Positions 31,445 through 41,602 of a DNA stretch of 64,000 bases are shown here, piece by piece. Source of the stretch: an uncultured Actinomycetaceae bacterium (lineage in GTDB: Bacteria; Actinomycetota; Actinomycetes; Actinomycetales; Actinomycetaceae). The stretch's first letter is position 1; every line of letters starts with the position of its first letter. Both the position numbers and the translations under genes were made by a program. A model generated the notes under the pieces. The model saw only the letters and a list, made by a program, of their open reading frames with translations. It ran no database searches and had not been told where the DNA came from. Location: assembly GCA_916438945.1 (NCBI GenBank), contig CAKAGS010000004.1, positions 459,232-523,231 on the forward strand, given 5' to 3'.

Positions 31445-32536
31445 TCACTTCGGGGCGTTCTGCGATTCGATCACGAGCTTGCCGGACTTGATGTCGTCCG
31501 TGAGCTTGGTCAGATCCGCCTTGAGCTCCGCGGACACCTTGTCATCGAAATCGTGGAACGGGGCAATCGAGACGCCGCCGTTGGCCAGCGTGCCCACGTA
31601 CGGGGTCGAGCTGAACTTGCCGTTCACCGAGTCCTGGATCGCCTGCTCGACCGAGGCACCGATCTCCTTCATGACCGAGGTCAGCACGATCGAGGAGTAG
31701 TCGGGGTTGGCCTCGTACCAGTCGGAGTCAACGCCGATGATCCAGGTGTTGCCATCCGCCTTGGCGGCCGCAGCCGCACCCAGGCCGACCGGGCCCGCGA
31801 CAGGCATGATGATGTCCGCACCCTGCGAGATGAACTGCTGGGCCTGCTCCTTGCCCAGCGTCTGGTCGTCGAAGGACTGCGTGAAGGAACCGTTCTGCGC
31901 GGCCTTGTCCCAGCCGAGCAGCTGCACGTTCGTGCCCTTGGCCTTGTTGTAGGCCGCGACGCCGTCAGCGAAGCCATCCATGAACACCGTCACCGAGGGG
32001 ATCTGGATACCACCGAAAGTGGCGACCTTGCCCGTCTTGGTCATGCCCGCGGCCACGTAGCCGGCCAGGTAGGCGGCCTCAGCGGTGTTGAACAGCAGCG
32101 GACGCGCGTTGTCCAGCGTCACCGTGTTGTTGTTACCGTCGTTGAAGCTGGAATCGATGAGGGCGTAGTGCACATCCTTGTTCTCCTCGGCGGAGGTGTG
32201 GACGGCCTTCTCCAGGTTGAAGCCAACGCCAATGATCAGGTTGCAGCCGTCGGACACCATGGACTCCACGTTCGGGTTGAAGTCCGCGTCCGAGTTGGAC
32301 TCGGCCGTGTTGATCTGGATGCCGAGGCTGGACTGGGAGGCCTTGAGGCCGTCGTAAGCGGACTCGTTGAAGGACTTGTCATCCCAGCCGCCAGCGTCAG
32401 AGACCGCGCAGGCCTTGAACGAGGTGGCGTCCTTCGTACCGCCGGACTGGCTGGTGGCGGTTCCACCGCCGCCACAGCCGGCCAAGGCGAGCGTTGCAAC
32501 TCCCGCCGCAGCGAGGAGCTTCGTGAGGTGCTTCAT
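31445..32536 (-). CDS. BMP-family nucleoside-binding lipoprotein
   Basis: Lipobox LAGC, DKSFN, YLAGY.AA, GADII, IGVDSD. Confidence 0.92.
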   Translation of the reverse strand: MKHLTKLLAAAGVATLALAGCGGGGTATSQSGGTKDATSFKACAVSDAGGWDDKSFNESAYDGLKASQSSLGIQINTAESNSDADFNPNVESMVSDGCNLIIGVGFNLEKAVHTSAEENKDVHYALIDSSFNDGNNNTVTLDNARPLLFNTAEAAYLAGYVAAGMTKTGKVATFGGIQIPSVTVFMDGFADGVAAYNKAKGTNVQLLGWDKAAQNGSFTQSFDDQTLGKEQAQQFISQGADIIMPVAGPVGLGAAAAAKADGNTWIIGVDSDWYEANPDYSSIVLTSVMKEIGASVEQAIQDSVNGKFSSTPYVGTLANGGVSIAPFHDFDDKVSAELKADLTKLTDDIKSGKLVIESQNAPK

Positions 32537-32687
32537 GAGTGTTTTCCTCCGTTGATGTGAATTCTTCCTTGAACCGGTGGCGGCGCGGGCCGCGGATCGT
32601 GTCCGCGCAGCCACTGCGCGAACATTTGTCATGATCGACTTTTACGTCTGATCCGAGTCTCCCGCGCCGCCCCTGCCCTGTCAAGGG

Positions 32688-34991
32688 CTACTTGTTTTCG
32701 CTTTGGTAACGATTGAAGCGGCGCCGGGCGAACACCCCGACAACGCCGATCGCTCCAACAAACATCGCCCCGGCCATGCCACCGAAGTCCGCACCCGTGC
32801 GGGCCAGGGAGCCCTTGGGAGACTTCGTCTTCTTGTGCTGCGCGGACGGCGCTGCCTGATTGCCGGATTGGGTGTCACCCGCTGCGTCAGCCGACGGGCT
32901 CGGGGCGGGCGCCGCCGTGCCCGCGCAGGTCACGGGAATCGTCAGGCCGTCCCCGGCCTCGACGACGGTGGCGAAGTCGGTGGCGACCGTGACGGGCACG
33001 TTCGCGACCTCTCCGGCTGCCTTGCCCTCACATGCGCCCACGACCGTCACGTCCACGCTCGCCTGTCCCGCGCCATCAGTCGTGATGATCGAGGCCGCGT
33101 CGGAGGCGTGCGCGTCCACGAGGGAGTTATTGACCTCGGCCACGGCCTGCGCTCCCCCGGCGCTGACACGAACCTTCGAGGTGATGGAGGGGCCTTCGGA
33201 GAAGGACAGGCCGCGCAGCGGGATCGTCACCGTCGACCCGTCGGCGACAGGATCCGTGGGCAGGGTCAGGCCGATCGAGGACTTGGCCTCGCGCGGTGTC
33301 AGGCCTCCGGTGGCCTGGATCGAGCGGGCCGCCGCACCCGAGTGCGCGCCCAGGTAGGCGTTGAAGGAGTCGCGGTCCAGGTTTCCGTTCGTCGTGGCCG
33401 CTCCCCCGCGGGTCAGGGCCTCGAAGGAGTCGCCACCCGCCAGCAGGAAGGTCACGGAGCCGACCGTGTACGTCGCGTCTGCCTTCAGCGGCTCACCGTT
33501 GATCGTCACCGACGTGATGCGCTCCCCGTAGGGCTTGGCCGGATCGTAGGTGTAGCGCACGTTCGAGGACAGGCCCAGCTTGAGCATGGGCCGGGAGTTC
33601 TGCGAGTTCAGGTCCGTCTTCCACTGCTGCTCGAGCGCGTCCTTGACGTCCGATCCCTTGAGCGTCACGTACCCCAGCTCGTTGGAGAAGGGCTCGACCT
33701 CGTAGGTCTGCGCGTAGGTGATCGTCCCGTCCTCGTTCGGCACCAGGTCGGCGCGCAGGCCGCCGGCGTTGATCATGCCGATGTCGACGTTCTTTCCGTC
33801 CGGGGTGAGGATGGTTTCGCGCAGCGAGTCGGCCACCAGGTCACCCAGGGAGGACTCGATGCCTCGGTTCGATCCGGGATCCGTCGCCCCCTCGGGCGTC
33901 GTGAAGACGCCGCGCCTGAAGGGCTCCGTGTACCCGGTCGCGACGACGCGCTTGCCGGCTTCCTTCGAGTCGGCCTCGGCTTGATCGACGATCGCCTGGG
34001 TGTCCGGGTCCGCACCGCACTGGGCGACCTCGGCGGCGGGGATGAGGATCGAGTCGGCACTCGTGACCTGACGCGTCGCGGGGTCAATCGTCAGTCGGAT
34101 CAGGCCCAGGTTGTCCGTGTAGGAACCCGACGCGATGCCCGCCAGGCGCGGGTTCGCGGACTCGAAGGACTCCACCGAGTTGACGTGGTCAAACTCGTAG
34201 GGCACGTGCGTGTCCCCGCCCATGAGTCCGTCGACGTCCTTGCCGACCTTCGTGTAATTGTTCTTCACGTCGTCGTCCAGCATGGCGATGACGACGTCGG
34301 CCTCTCCGCTAGTCTTCAGCTCGGCGGCCAGGGAGTTGATGCGCGCGATTGGGTCCGTGAACGTCAGGCCCGCCGTCGTTCCGGGGCTGAGCTTGTAGGG
34401 CACGTCCTGAGCGATCGCCCCGATGAAAGCCACCTTCATGCCCGAGGGCGACGTCCATACCTTGTAGTCCCCCAGGTAGGGGGTGCCGTCCCCGTAGGTG
34501 CCCATGCCCTCGATGTTGGCGCCCAGGTAGGGGAAGGTCGCCTGCACGAATTCACTGGGATTGGAGCCGTCGACGCGCTGCTTGAAGACGGCCTGACCCA
34601 TGTCCAGCTCGTGGTTGCCGATCGTCGAGGCCAGCGGATCCATCGTGTTGAGGGCCGCGATGGTCGGATTGTCCTTGAGCGCCCCCGAAATGTAGGGGGA
34701 CGCGCCGATGTTGTCGCCCAGCAGGGTGAACGAGGAGTTGGGGTTCGTCGCGCGCGCCTTCTTCAGGTAGCAGTTCATCGCGGGCAACCCGGCCTCGCGC
34801 ACGACGCCCTTCTTGGCGACCTGCTGGATGTGCCCGTGCACGTCCGTGAGGGTGTAGAGGTCCAGGGTGATCGGCGAGGCCTCGTTCTGTGATGCTTCAT
34901 CCTGTGGGGCCGCGAGCGCCGCTGCGGGCAGGGAAGCCAGGGAGAGGGCGGCCGCCGAGGCGAGCGCGAGGCGAGTCCATGGTCTGCGCAT
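32688..34991 (-). CDS. Cell-wall-anchored 5'-nucleotidase
   Basis: Signal peptide MRRPWTRLAL.., TDVHG, GD, GNHELD, GGDTH, NAGGLRADL, then LARTG + TM + RRR tail. Confidence 0.88.
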   Translation of the reverse strand: MRRPWTRLALASAAALSLASLPAAALAAPQDEASQNEASPITLDLYTLTDVHGHIQQVAKKGVVREAGLPAMNCYLKKARATNPNSSFTLLGDNIGASPYISGALKDNPTIAALNTMDPLASTIGNHELDMGQAVFKQRVDGSNPSEFVQATFPYLGANIEGMGTYGDGTPYLGDYKVWTSPSGMKVAFIGAIAQDVPYKLSPGTTAGLTFTDPIARINSLAAELKTSGEADVVIAMLDDDVKNNYTKVGKDVDGLMGGDTHVPYEFDHVNSVESFESANPRLAGIASGSYTDNLGLIRLTIDPATRQVTSADSILIPAAEVAQCGADPDTQAIVDQAEADSKEAGKRVVATGYTEPFRRGVFTTPEGATDPGSNRGIESSLGDLVADSLRETILTPDGKNVDIGMINAGGLRADLVPNEDGTITYAQTYEVEPFSNELGYVTLKGSDVKDALEQQWKTDLNSQNSRPMLKLGLSSNVRYTYDPAKPYGERITSVTINGEPLKADATYTVGSVTFLLAGGDSFEALTRGGAATTNGNLDRDSFNAYLGAHSGAAARSIQATGGLTPREAKSSIGLTLPTDPVADGSTVTIPLRGLSFSEGPSITSKVRVSAGGAQAVAEVNNSLVDAHASDAASIITTDGAGQASVDVTVVGACEGKAAGEVANVPVTVATDFATVVEAGDGLTIPVTCAGTAAPAPSPSADAAGDTQSGNQAAPSAQHKKTKSPKGSLARTGADFGGMAGAMFVGAIGVVGVFARRRFNRYQSENK

Positions 34992-35062
34992 GGGTGTGTT
35001 CCTTTCATCGGGGGGGCGGCACCGAAGCCGCGTCCTGCGTGGTGGGTGTGGAGTTCGTGGTG

Positions 35063-37469
35063 TCAGCCGCGGCGGCGGCGACGGCGTGAGACGAGGATGA
35101 GCCCACCGCCGATGGCGGCGAGGAGAATCCCGATGCCGATTGCCCGGTCGGCGTCCGCACCGGTGCGCGCCAGGCCGCTCGCCGTGGCAGCGCGCGTGGG
35201 CGCCTTGCGGGACGAGGCCGTGGCCGCCCTCGAGGGAACCGGCGCGGGTGAGGCGGAGGGAACTGCGGCGGGCGGGGCCGCGCTGGGGGGCGCTGGTCGG
35301 GTCGGCGGATGGCTCGGTGCTCGGCGTCGGTGCCGGGGCATCCCCGCCAAGCAGCGTGAGCCCGATGAGCTCGGGATTGTGGTCCGAGGAGCGGTAGGGG
35401 TTGTCTGCCTCGACCGCCAGGTGGGCGTTCATGCCGGCCCTCGAGTATTCGAAGGCGATGGATTCCTGAGCGTTGACGGCCCAACTGGTGACGCCCGCCA
35501 GCAGCGGCTTCGCGGCCGCGTTGGCAAAGACGTGATCGAGGGAACCGGAGCGTCCCGCGTAGACGTAGGAGGCCTCGCCCGCGCCGGAGACGCGCTCCCA
35601 GCCCGCGGCCTCGAGGGCCTTGATCGGGTCTTCCTGCGAGTAGGAGTTGAAGTCGCCCACAAGCAGGGTCGGCTTGTCCGAGAATCGAGCGGCGAAGGAC
35701 GCCAGGGCACCCGCCTGGGCGACGCGGATCGCGTTCGCGTTGCCCTGACCGTCCCCGCTGTCGGCGTTACCAGCGGGCGCGCCCTCAGGCACGGATCCCT
35801 TCGACTTGAAGTGATTGGCGACGACCACGAAGGTGGCGGACGCGGCCCTCTCGGTGGTCACACGGGCGAACTCCTGGGCGAGGGGCTGGCGCGCCAGGCC
35901 CGTGAACGCCGGGTCGTCATGGATCAGAGAGGGGCCGACGGGGGCCACGGTCGCGGGCTTGTAGATGAAGGCGATCCGGATAACGTCCTCGGCCTCGGGC
36001 ACGGACCCGGGAGACGGCACGTACGCCCACGTCCCGGCGCCCGCGTCCTTGTTGAGGGCCTCGACGAGGCGCGCGAGGGAGGCGTCGCGGTCCGTTCCGA
36101 CCCCCACGGCGACGGGGTTTTCAATCTCCTCGAGGGCGACCACGTCGGCCCCCAGGGCGTTGATCGCGGAGACGATCTTGGCCTCCTGGTTGGCGAAGGC
36201 CTCGCGCGAAAATGCGCCGCGCACCTTGCATTTCTTGGCCGTCACGAAGGCGCCCGTGCGGTCCGGGTAGCCCGTGCATCCGGCCTCGTCGACGCCCAGG
36301 TCGGAGAAGTAGTTGAGGACGTTGAACGTCGCCACGCGGGTGTCGCCGCCGACCGTGGGGGCGCTCGGGCGCTCCCCGGTGATGGTCACGGGAGAGCGGT
36401 CGGGGTGCCCGGCGACCATGGAGGTCGGCTGGAAGACGAAGGAGCCGTGCCGGGGCTCGAGGACCACGGGCTTGGAGAAAGCCACGTGGTAGCCGACGCG
36501 CGCGGGCGAGCCGTTGGCCAGGTAGGCGTAGGCGGCCTCGGTGGCGCTCCCCTTCTGGAGGTTCGTGTTGGTGCCGTCGTCGAGGGCGATGGCGCGGGCG
36601 GCGTTGGCGGCCTCGTAGTCGCGGGCCGCCTGCCCGGGAGCGACCACGTCCGTGGCCGAGCGCAGCGGGCTCTCACCGGGGGTGAGGGTCAGGGTGCCGT
36701 ACTGGTTCGTCTGGTAGTTGTCGGTGATGGTCCACGTGCCCTGGGGTGCGAGGAGCATGGACTCGCGGGCCTCGGCCTCCTCCGGCGTGGGGACGCGGGT
36801 TGCCGGGACGGGCATCGGCGCCTGGCATCCCGCCACCTCGCTCACGGAGGTCGCAGCCAGCTGAGTGAGGCTCTGGGGGTTGCCCTTCGCGCTCGTCGCG
36901 GGGAACTCCCCCACCGTGCCGGTCACGCGCACGCAGGTGCCCGGAGCCGGAATCTTGCCCTTCTTGCCCGCGTAGACGAAGAGGCCGTCGGATCGAGTGC
37001 GCCCCGGCTCCCACGCGCCACCCGATCCGGGGGTCTGGATCGTGTAGCCATCCAACGTCTCGCCCAGCCCGGACTCGCCGGCCGGGTACGCGGCCGTCAC
37101 GACGCCGAGAGTCGTCACCGTGGCCCCCACCATCGCGGAATCGTCCCCCACGCCCACGGCCTGGATGTCGGAGATTGGCGTATCGACGAGGCCGGGACTC
37201 TCCTCACCCGATTGCGCGGAGCTTGCGGGGCCGGAAGGCTCCGCCGCTTGCGTGGGTTGCACAGCTTGCCCAGCTCCCGACTGGGCCGATGTGGTACCTG
37301 ACTGCGATGCCTGCGGACCTCCCGACTGCTCGACCTGGGCGGCATCCACCTGAGCGGACTGGGCAAAATCCGCCCGGTCTCTATCCACCGCCCACGCGGC
37401 GGGTACAAGCCCCATCGCGGACAGCGCGAGCGCGCCGAGTACAGCTAGTGATCGTGTCCCGCACTTCAT
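35063..37469 (-). CDS. ExeM/NucH-family extracellular endonuclease, sortase-anchored; frameshift near 35285
   Basis: ATFNVLNYF, NHFKSKG, GDFNSY, GSLDH, SSDHNP. The LARTG-TM-RRRRRR tail is in ORF 35063..35350. Confidence 0.9.
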
Positions 37470-37746
37470 CGGGATGTCCTCTCAACCTCACCTCACCGTG
37501 AGGGGCCGACGAGCCCCGCGCCGCAGGCATCTTTACCAACGGCAACACGAGTTATGACAAGTGTAAGCTCATGCACATACGTGCGAAAGCGATTGAGAAT
37601 ATTCCCGAAAATACAAGGCGCAAGCGGGCGGGCGTGCAGCCGCAAGAACGCGCCCGCCCCGGCCTCGTCAAACTCAGCCCGGTACCGCTGAGTTCCCCGG
37701 CCTCGTCAAACTCAGCTCCGGCCTCGTCACGCTCAGTGAGCGCGAG

Positions 37747-38871
37747 TCAGGACGCCGAGTACGGGGAGACGACCACCTGGGCGCGCTGCAGGTCCTTGAC
37801 CTCGGAGTACCCCGTCGAGGCCATGGTCCGCTTGAGGGCACCCACGAAGTTCAGGGAGCCGTCCGCGCGCGTCGAGGGGCCGTAGAGGATCTGCTCGAGC
37901 GTGCCCGTCGTGCCCACGTGCACGCGCTGGCCGCGCGGCATGTCCGGGTGTGTCGCCTCGGAACCCCAGTGCCAGCCGCGTCCCGGAGCCTCCTCCGCGC
38001 GGGCGATGGCGGCGCCGAGCATAACTGCGTCCGCGCCGCACGCGATCGCGCGCGACAGGTCGCCGCTGCGGCCAATGCCGCCGTCGGCGATGACGTGCAC
38101 GTAGCGGCCGCCGGACTCGTCCATGTAGTCGCGCCGAGCCGCGGCCACATCCGCGATCGCGGTCGCCATCGGCGCGTGCACGCCCAGGGACTGGCGCGTC
38201 GAGTGCGCAGCACCCCCGCCGAAACCGACGAGAACGCCCGCCGCGCCCGTGCGCATCAGGTGCAGGGCCGCCGTGTCCGTGCAGACGCCGCCCACGATGA
38301 CGGGGACGTCCAGCTCGTAGATGAAGCGCTTGAGGTTGAGGGGCTCACGGCGCGAGGACACGTGCTCAGCGGACACCGTCGAGCCGCGAATGATGAACAG
38401 GTCGACGCCCGCGTCCACGACCGCACGCCAGTACTTCTGCACGCGCTGAGGCGACAGCTTGCCGGCGACGACCACCCCGGCCTCGCGCAGCTGCTTGAGG
38501 CGCGCGGTGATCAGCGAGGGCTTGATCGGCTCGGAGTAGACGCGCTGGAGGGTGGCGATCGACTCCTCCTCGCCCAGGTGAGCGATGTGATCGAGGATCG
38601 GGGTGGGGTCCTCGTAGCGGGTCCACAGGCCGTCCAGGTCGAGCACGCCGATGCCGCCCAGGCGACCGAAGGCGATCGCGGTCTCGGGACTCATCACCGA
38701 GTCCATCGGGGCGGCCATCAGCGGGATGTCGACGTGGTAGGCGTCGATCTGCCAGCCGACGTTGACGTCCTCGGGGTCACGGGTGCGCCGCGAGGGCACG
38801 AGGGCGATATCGTCCAGCGTGTAGGCGCGGCGTCCGCGCTTGCCACGACCGATTTCTACTTCGTCGCTCAT
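37747..38871 (-). CDS. GuaB3-type IMP dehydrogenase family protein
   Basis: EIGRGKRGRRAY, SRRTRDP, HLMRTGAAGVLVG, RYVHVIADG. Confidence 0.92.
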   Translation of the reverse strand: MSDEVEIGRGKRGRRAYTLDDIALVPSRRTRDPEDVNVGWQIDAYHVDIPLMAAPMDSVMSPETAIAFGRLGGIGVLDLDGLWTRYEDPTPILDHIAHLGEEESIATLQRVYSEPIKPSLITARLKQLREAGVVVAGKLSPQRVQKYWRAVVDAGVDLFIIRGSTVSAEHVSSRREPLNLKRFIYELDVPVIVGGVCTDTAALHLMRTGAAGVLVGFGGGAAHSTRQSLGVHAPMATAIADVAAARRDYMDESGGRYVHVIADGGIGRSGDLSRAIACGADAVMLGAAIARAEEAPGRGWHWGSEATHPDMPRGQRVHVGTTGTLEQILYGPSTRADGSLNFVGALKRTMASTGYSEVKDLQRAQVVVSPYSAS

Positions 38872-38971
38872 GACCCGATTCTACTGCCTACTTCCCGCTT
38901 CTACCGTCTCCGAGACGCAGATGTGCCCACCCTCTGCCACACTGGTCTCACCGGCAAGGCTAGGAGCAATC

Positions 38972-39724
38972 ATGAGCTGGATCGACGACCCGTGGATGGG
39001 TTTTGACACCGAGACGACGGGCGTGCGCGCGCTCAAGGACCGCCTCGTCACCGCCGCGCTGGTGCTTCGCATCGACGGCGCGTCCTACCGCAGCGGCGTC
39101 AGTGCCCCCGACCAGGTGGCCACGTGGCTGACCGACCCGGGCGTCGAGATCCCCGAGCAGGCCACGGCCGTCCACGGCATCACGACCGAGCAGGCGCGCC
39201 GCGACGGCCGCCCCATCGAGGAGGTCCTGCACGAGCTGGCCGGTTCCATCGTTGAGCACTGGCTGCGCGGCTACCCGGTCGTCGCATTCAACGCGACCTA
39301 CGACATCACGCTGGTCAACCAGGAGCTGCGCCGCCACCGCCTAGGATCCTTCGAGGAGCGCCTGGAGGGCGCCCCCATGCTGGTCGTCGACCCGCTGGTG
39401 TTGGATCGCAAGCTCGACCGCTTCCGCAAGGGCAAGAAGACGCTGACGGAGATGGCGCCGGTCTACGGGGCGGTCGCCTCCCCCGACGCTCACACAGCCG
39501 AGGTCGACGTGGCGATGACGCTAGACGTCCTCGCCGGCATGGTGGACAAGTACCCGCAGCTGGGCTCTATGAGCGCCCTGGAACTCATGGACTACCAGCT
39601 CCAGGCTCACCGGGATTGGGCCGAGGACTTCGAGAAGTACCTGCGTAAGCAAGGCAAGGACGCGAACATCGACCGCGAGTGGCCCCAGATCACGCCGCGG
39701 GGTCGCGGCGACGATCAGGAGTAG
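38972..39724 (+). CDS. DEDDh 3'-5' exonuclease (DnaQ-like)
   Basis: FDTETTG, AFNATYD, DAHTAEVD. Confidence 0.88.
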   Translation: MSWIDDPWMGFDTETTGVRALKDRLVTAALVLRIDGASYRSGVSAPDQVATWLTDPGVEIPEQATAVHGITTEQARRDGRPIEEVLHELAGSIVEHWLRGYPVVAFNATYDITLVNQELRRHRLGSFEERLEGAPMLVVDPLVLDRKLDRFRKGKKTLTEMAPVYGAVASPDAHTAEVDVAMTLDVLAGMVDKYPQLGSMSALELMDYQLQAHRDWAEDFEKYLRKQGKDANIDREWPQITPRGRGDDQE

Positions 39725-39904
39725 CAACAATTCAGGCGGGGGTCGGCAGGTGCCGGACCCCGTTTTTCGTTGTGCCTGAGGTGTCCTCCGCACACAGGGG
39801 TCTTTACGAGGCAGTGGCCGGGTTCCGCCGGAAGCCTGGGCCTGGCGGGCCACGGCGAGACCAGAGCACGGCCACAACAGAATCACCGGGCTTTCCCGAA
39901 AAAG

Positions 39905-40009
39905 TCGCACATAATTTCCCACGGTCATTTTTCGAGTACCCCTCAAAACGTTGCAATTCCAACGATGTAAATTCAAGGTTTGAAGAAGCCGCAGGGGAAT
40001 TACGTGCGA
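39905..40009. repeat. 105-bp MITE-like element, copy 1
   Basis: Imperfect inverted ends TCGCACATAATT..AATTACGTGCGA; 40-bp core shared with copy 2. Confidence 0.75.
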
Positions 40010-40150
40010 AATTGGCGAGGACGCTTTGAAAGCGGCGACGTGGCCCGACGGTGCGAAACACCGCTGACAGTGGCGTCACACCACTGAGCAACAAGCCCAA
40101 ATGCGGACTCGTCCTGGAAAAGGGAGCCGAGGCCCCACGGATGCCATCAC

Positions 40151-40312
40151 ATCCGGATAGGTAACGAACATCCGGATAGGTAACGAACATCCGGATAGGT
40201 AACGAACATCCGGATAGGTAACGAACATCCGGATAGGTAACGAAGATCCGGATAGGTTAATAACCTATCCGGATGCGCATAACCTATCCAGATGTGCACA
40301 ACCTATCCCGAT
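40151..40312. repeat. Inverted array of 19-bp units
   Basis: ATCCGGATAGGTAACGAAC x5 (last with one change), a 29-bp palindrome at 40246-40274, then two GYGCAYAACCTATCC units. Confidence 0.95.
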
Positions 40313-40455
40313 AGGCCCAGAGGGGCAGGTCCGGGGAAACAGATGCTTCGCCCGAGGCAGTAGAAGGATCCGGCCTGGCACCACGCACCACACGCCACGC
40401 ACCACGAGCCACCAGTGTGGAGGGCGCCGGCGGACAGCTAGGGCTCCCCCAAATG

Positions 40456-40560
40456 TCGCATGCAATTCGATTGGGCGAAGATTCAACCAAGTCAGAAAAC
40501 GTTGCAATTCCAACGCTGTAAATACAAGGTTTGAAATGGTCACAAGGGAATTGCATGCGA
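40456..40560. repeat. 105-bp MITE-like element, copy 2
   Basis: Perfect 13-bp inverted ends TCGCATGCAATTC..GAATTGCATGCGA; core AAAACGTTGCAATTCCAACG. Confidence 0.78.
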
Positions 40561-40756
40561 AATTGGTTGAGTGCCCAGCAATTAAGGCGTGCGAGGGCTG
40601 CAGGTGAAGTGGGCCTGACCAATCAACACGCACCACGAGCCACCAGTGTGGAGGGCGCCGGCGGGTCCGCGGCCTGGCCGGGCTTCGAACCGACGCACCG
40701 AGCGAAGCTCGCAGCGCGGACGGTGAGCGGGCGGGCGGGCCCGACGGCGCCCGGAG

Positions 40757-40866
40757 CACCGGTGGCACAGCCAACAGAAACACCGGCAGCACAGCTAGCA
40801 AAAACACCGGTGGCTCAGCCAACAAAAAACACCAGTGGCACAGCCAGCAAGAACACTGGTGGCACG
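40757..40866. repeat. Degenerate ~24-bp tandem repeat (about 4.5 units)
   Basis: Units of the type CACCGGTGGCACAGCCAACAGAAA. Confidence 0.75.
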
Positions 40867-40899
40867 AAAAAGCCCGGAGGCGGAACTCCGCCTCCGGGC
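40867..40899 (-). terminator. Intrinsic terminator of the transaldolase gene
   Basis: GCCCGGAGGCGGA-AC-TCCGCCTCCGGGC with a T-run on the minus strand. Confidence 0.75.
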
Positions 40900-40912
40900 C
40901 TCTACGGAAGGC

Positions 40913-41602
40913 TCACTTTTCCTTGATGAGATCCAGCCACGTGCGGCGCTCGCCCACGAGGAAGCCAAAGTCGCGGTTCTGGTCCGCGATGGCGGCGTCT
41001 GTCGCGGGGTTCTTGATGAGCGCGGCCAGCACGTCGGGGGCTGCGGTGATGGCGCCCACGCCCTGGCGGACCAGCTCGAGGACCTGCTCGGAATTCTTGA
41101 AGGACGCGGCCAGGACGTCGGCCTTCAGGTCGTAGGTGCGCAGGGTGCGGTGGATTTCGGAGGCGACGCGCACGCCGTCGATGCCGTAGTTGTCCATGCG
41201 GTTGACGTAGGGGGCGACGTAGCGAGCCCCGGCCTTGGCGGCCATGAAGCCCTGCATCGAGGAGTGGATGCCGGTAGCGGTCACCTGCATGCCTTCGCGC
41301 ACGATGCGCGGGATGGCGGCGAAGCCTTCGCGCGTGACGGGAAGCTTGATGAAGAGGTTGCCACCGATTTCGCCGCGCAGCGCCCGGGCCTCGGCGACCA
41401 TGTCGTCGGTGCGCTGGGAGACGATCTGGACGTGCAGCTGGGCGCCATCGGGCAGGACGGACTTGATCGCGTGGAGGACCTCGAGGGGTTCCTTGCCTTC
41501 GCGGTACAGGATCGTCGGGTTGGTCGTCACGCCGTCGATGGGCAGGTATTCCAGGGTCTTGGCGATGGAATCGACGTTCGCGTGATCGATGAGGATGAGC
41601 AT
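40913..41602 (-). CDS. Transaldolase / fructose-6-phosphate aldolase family
   Basis: GVTTNPT, IKLP.T..G, YVAPYVNR, LAASFK. Confidence 0.9.
   Translation of the reverse strand: MLILIDHANVDSIAKTLEYLPIDGVTTNPTILYREGKEPLEVLHAIKSVLPDGAQLHVQIVSQRTDDMVAEARALRGEIGGNLFIKLPVTREGFAAIPRIVREGMQVTATGIHSSMQGFMAAKAGARYVAPYVNRMDNYGIDGVRVASEIHRTLRTYDLKADVLAASFKNSEQVLELVRQGVGAITAAPDVLAALIKNPATDAAIADQNRDFGFLVGERRTWLDLIKEK

Noticed and set aside
32688..37469. 1593-aa nuclease-nucleotidase fusion protein
   Set aside because: Artefact of one indel near 35285. The nuclease has its own LARTG anchor and stop (35063), and the nucleotidase has its own RBS and signal peptide (34991).
40151..40312. CRISPR array
   Set aside because: The 19-bp units are contiguous with no unique spacers, and there are no cas genes in the window.
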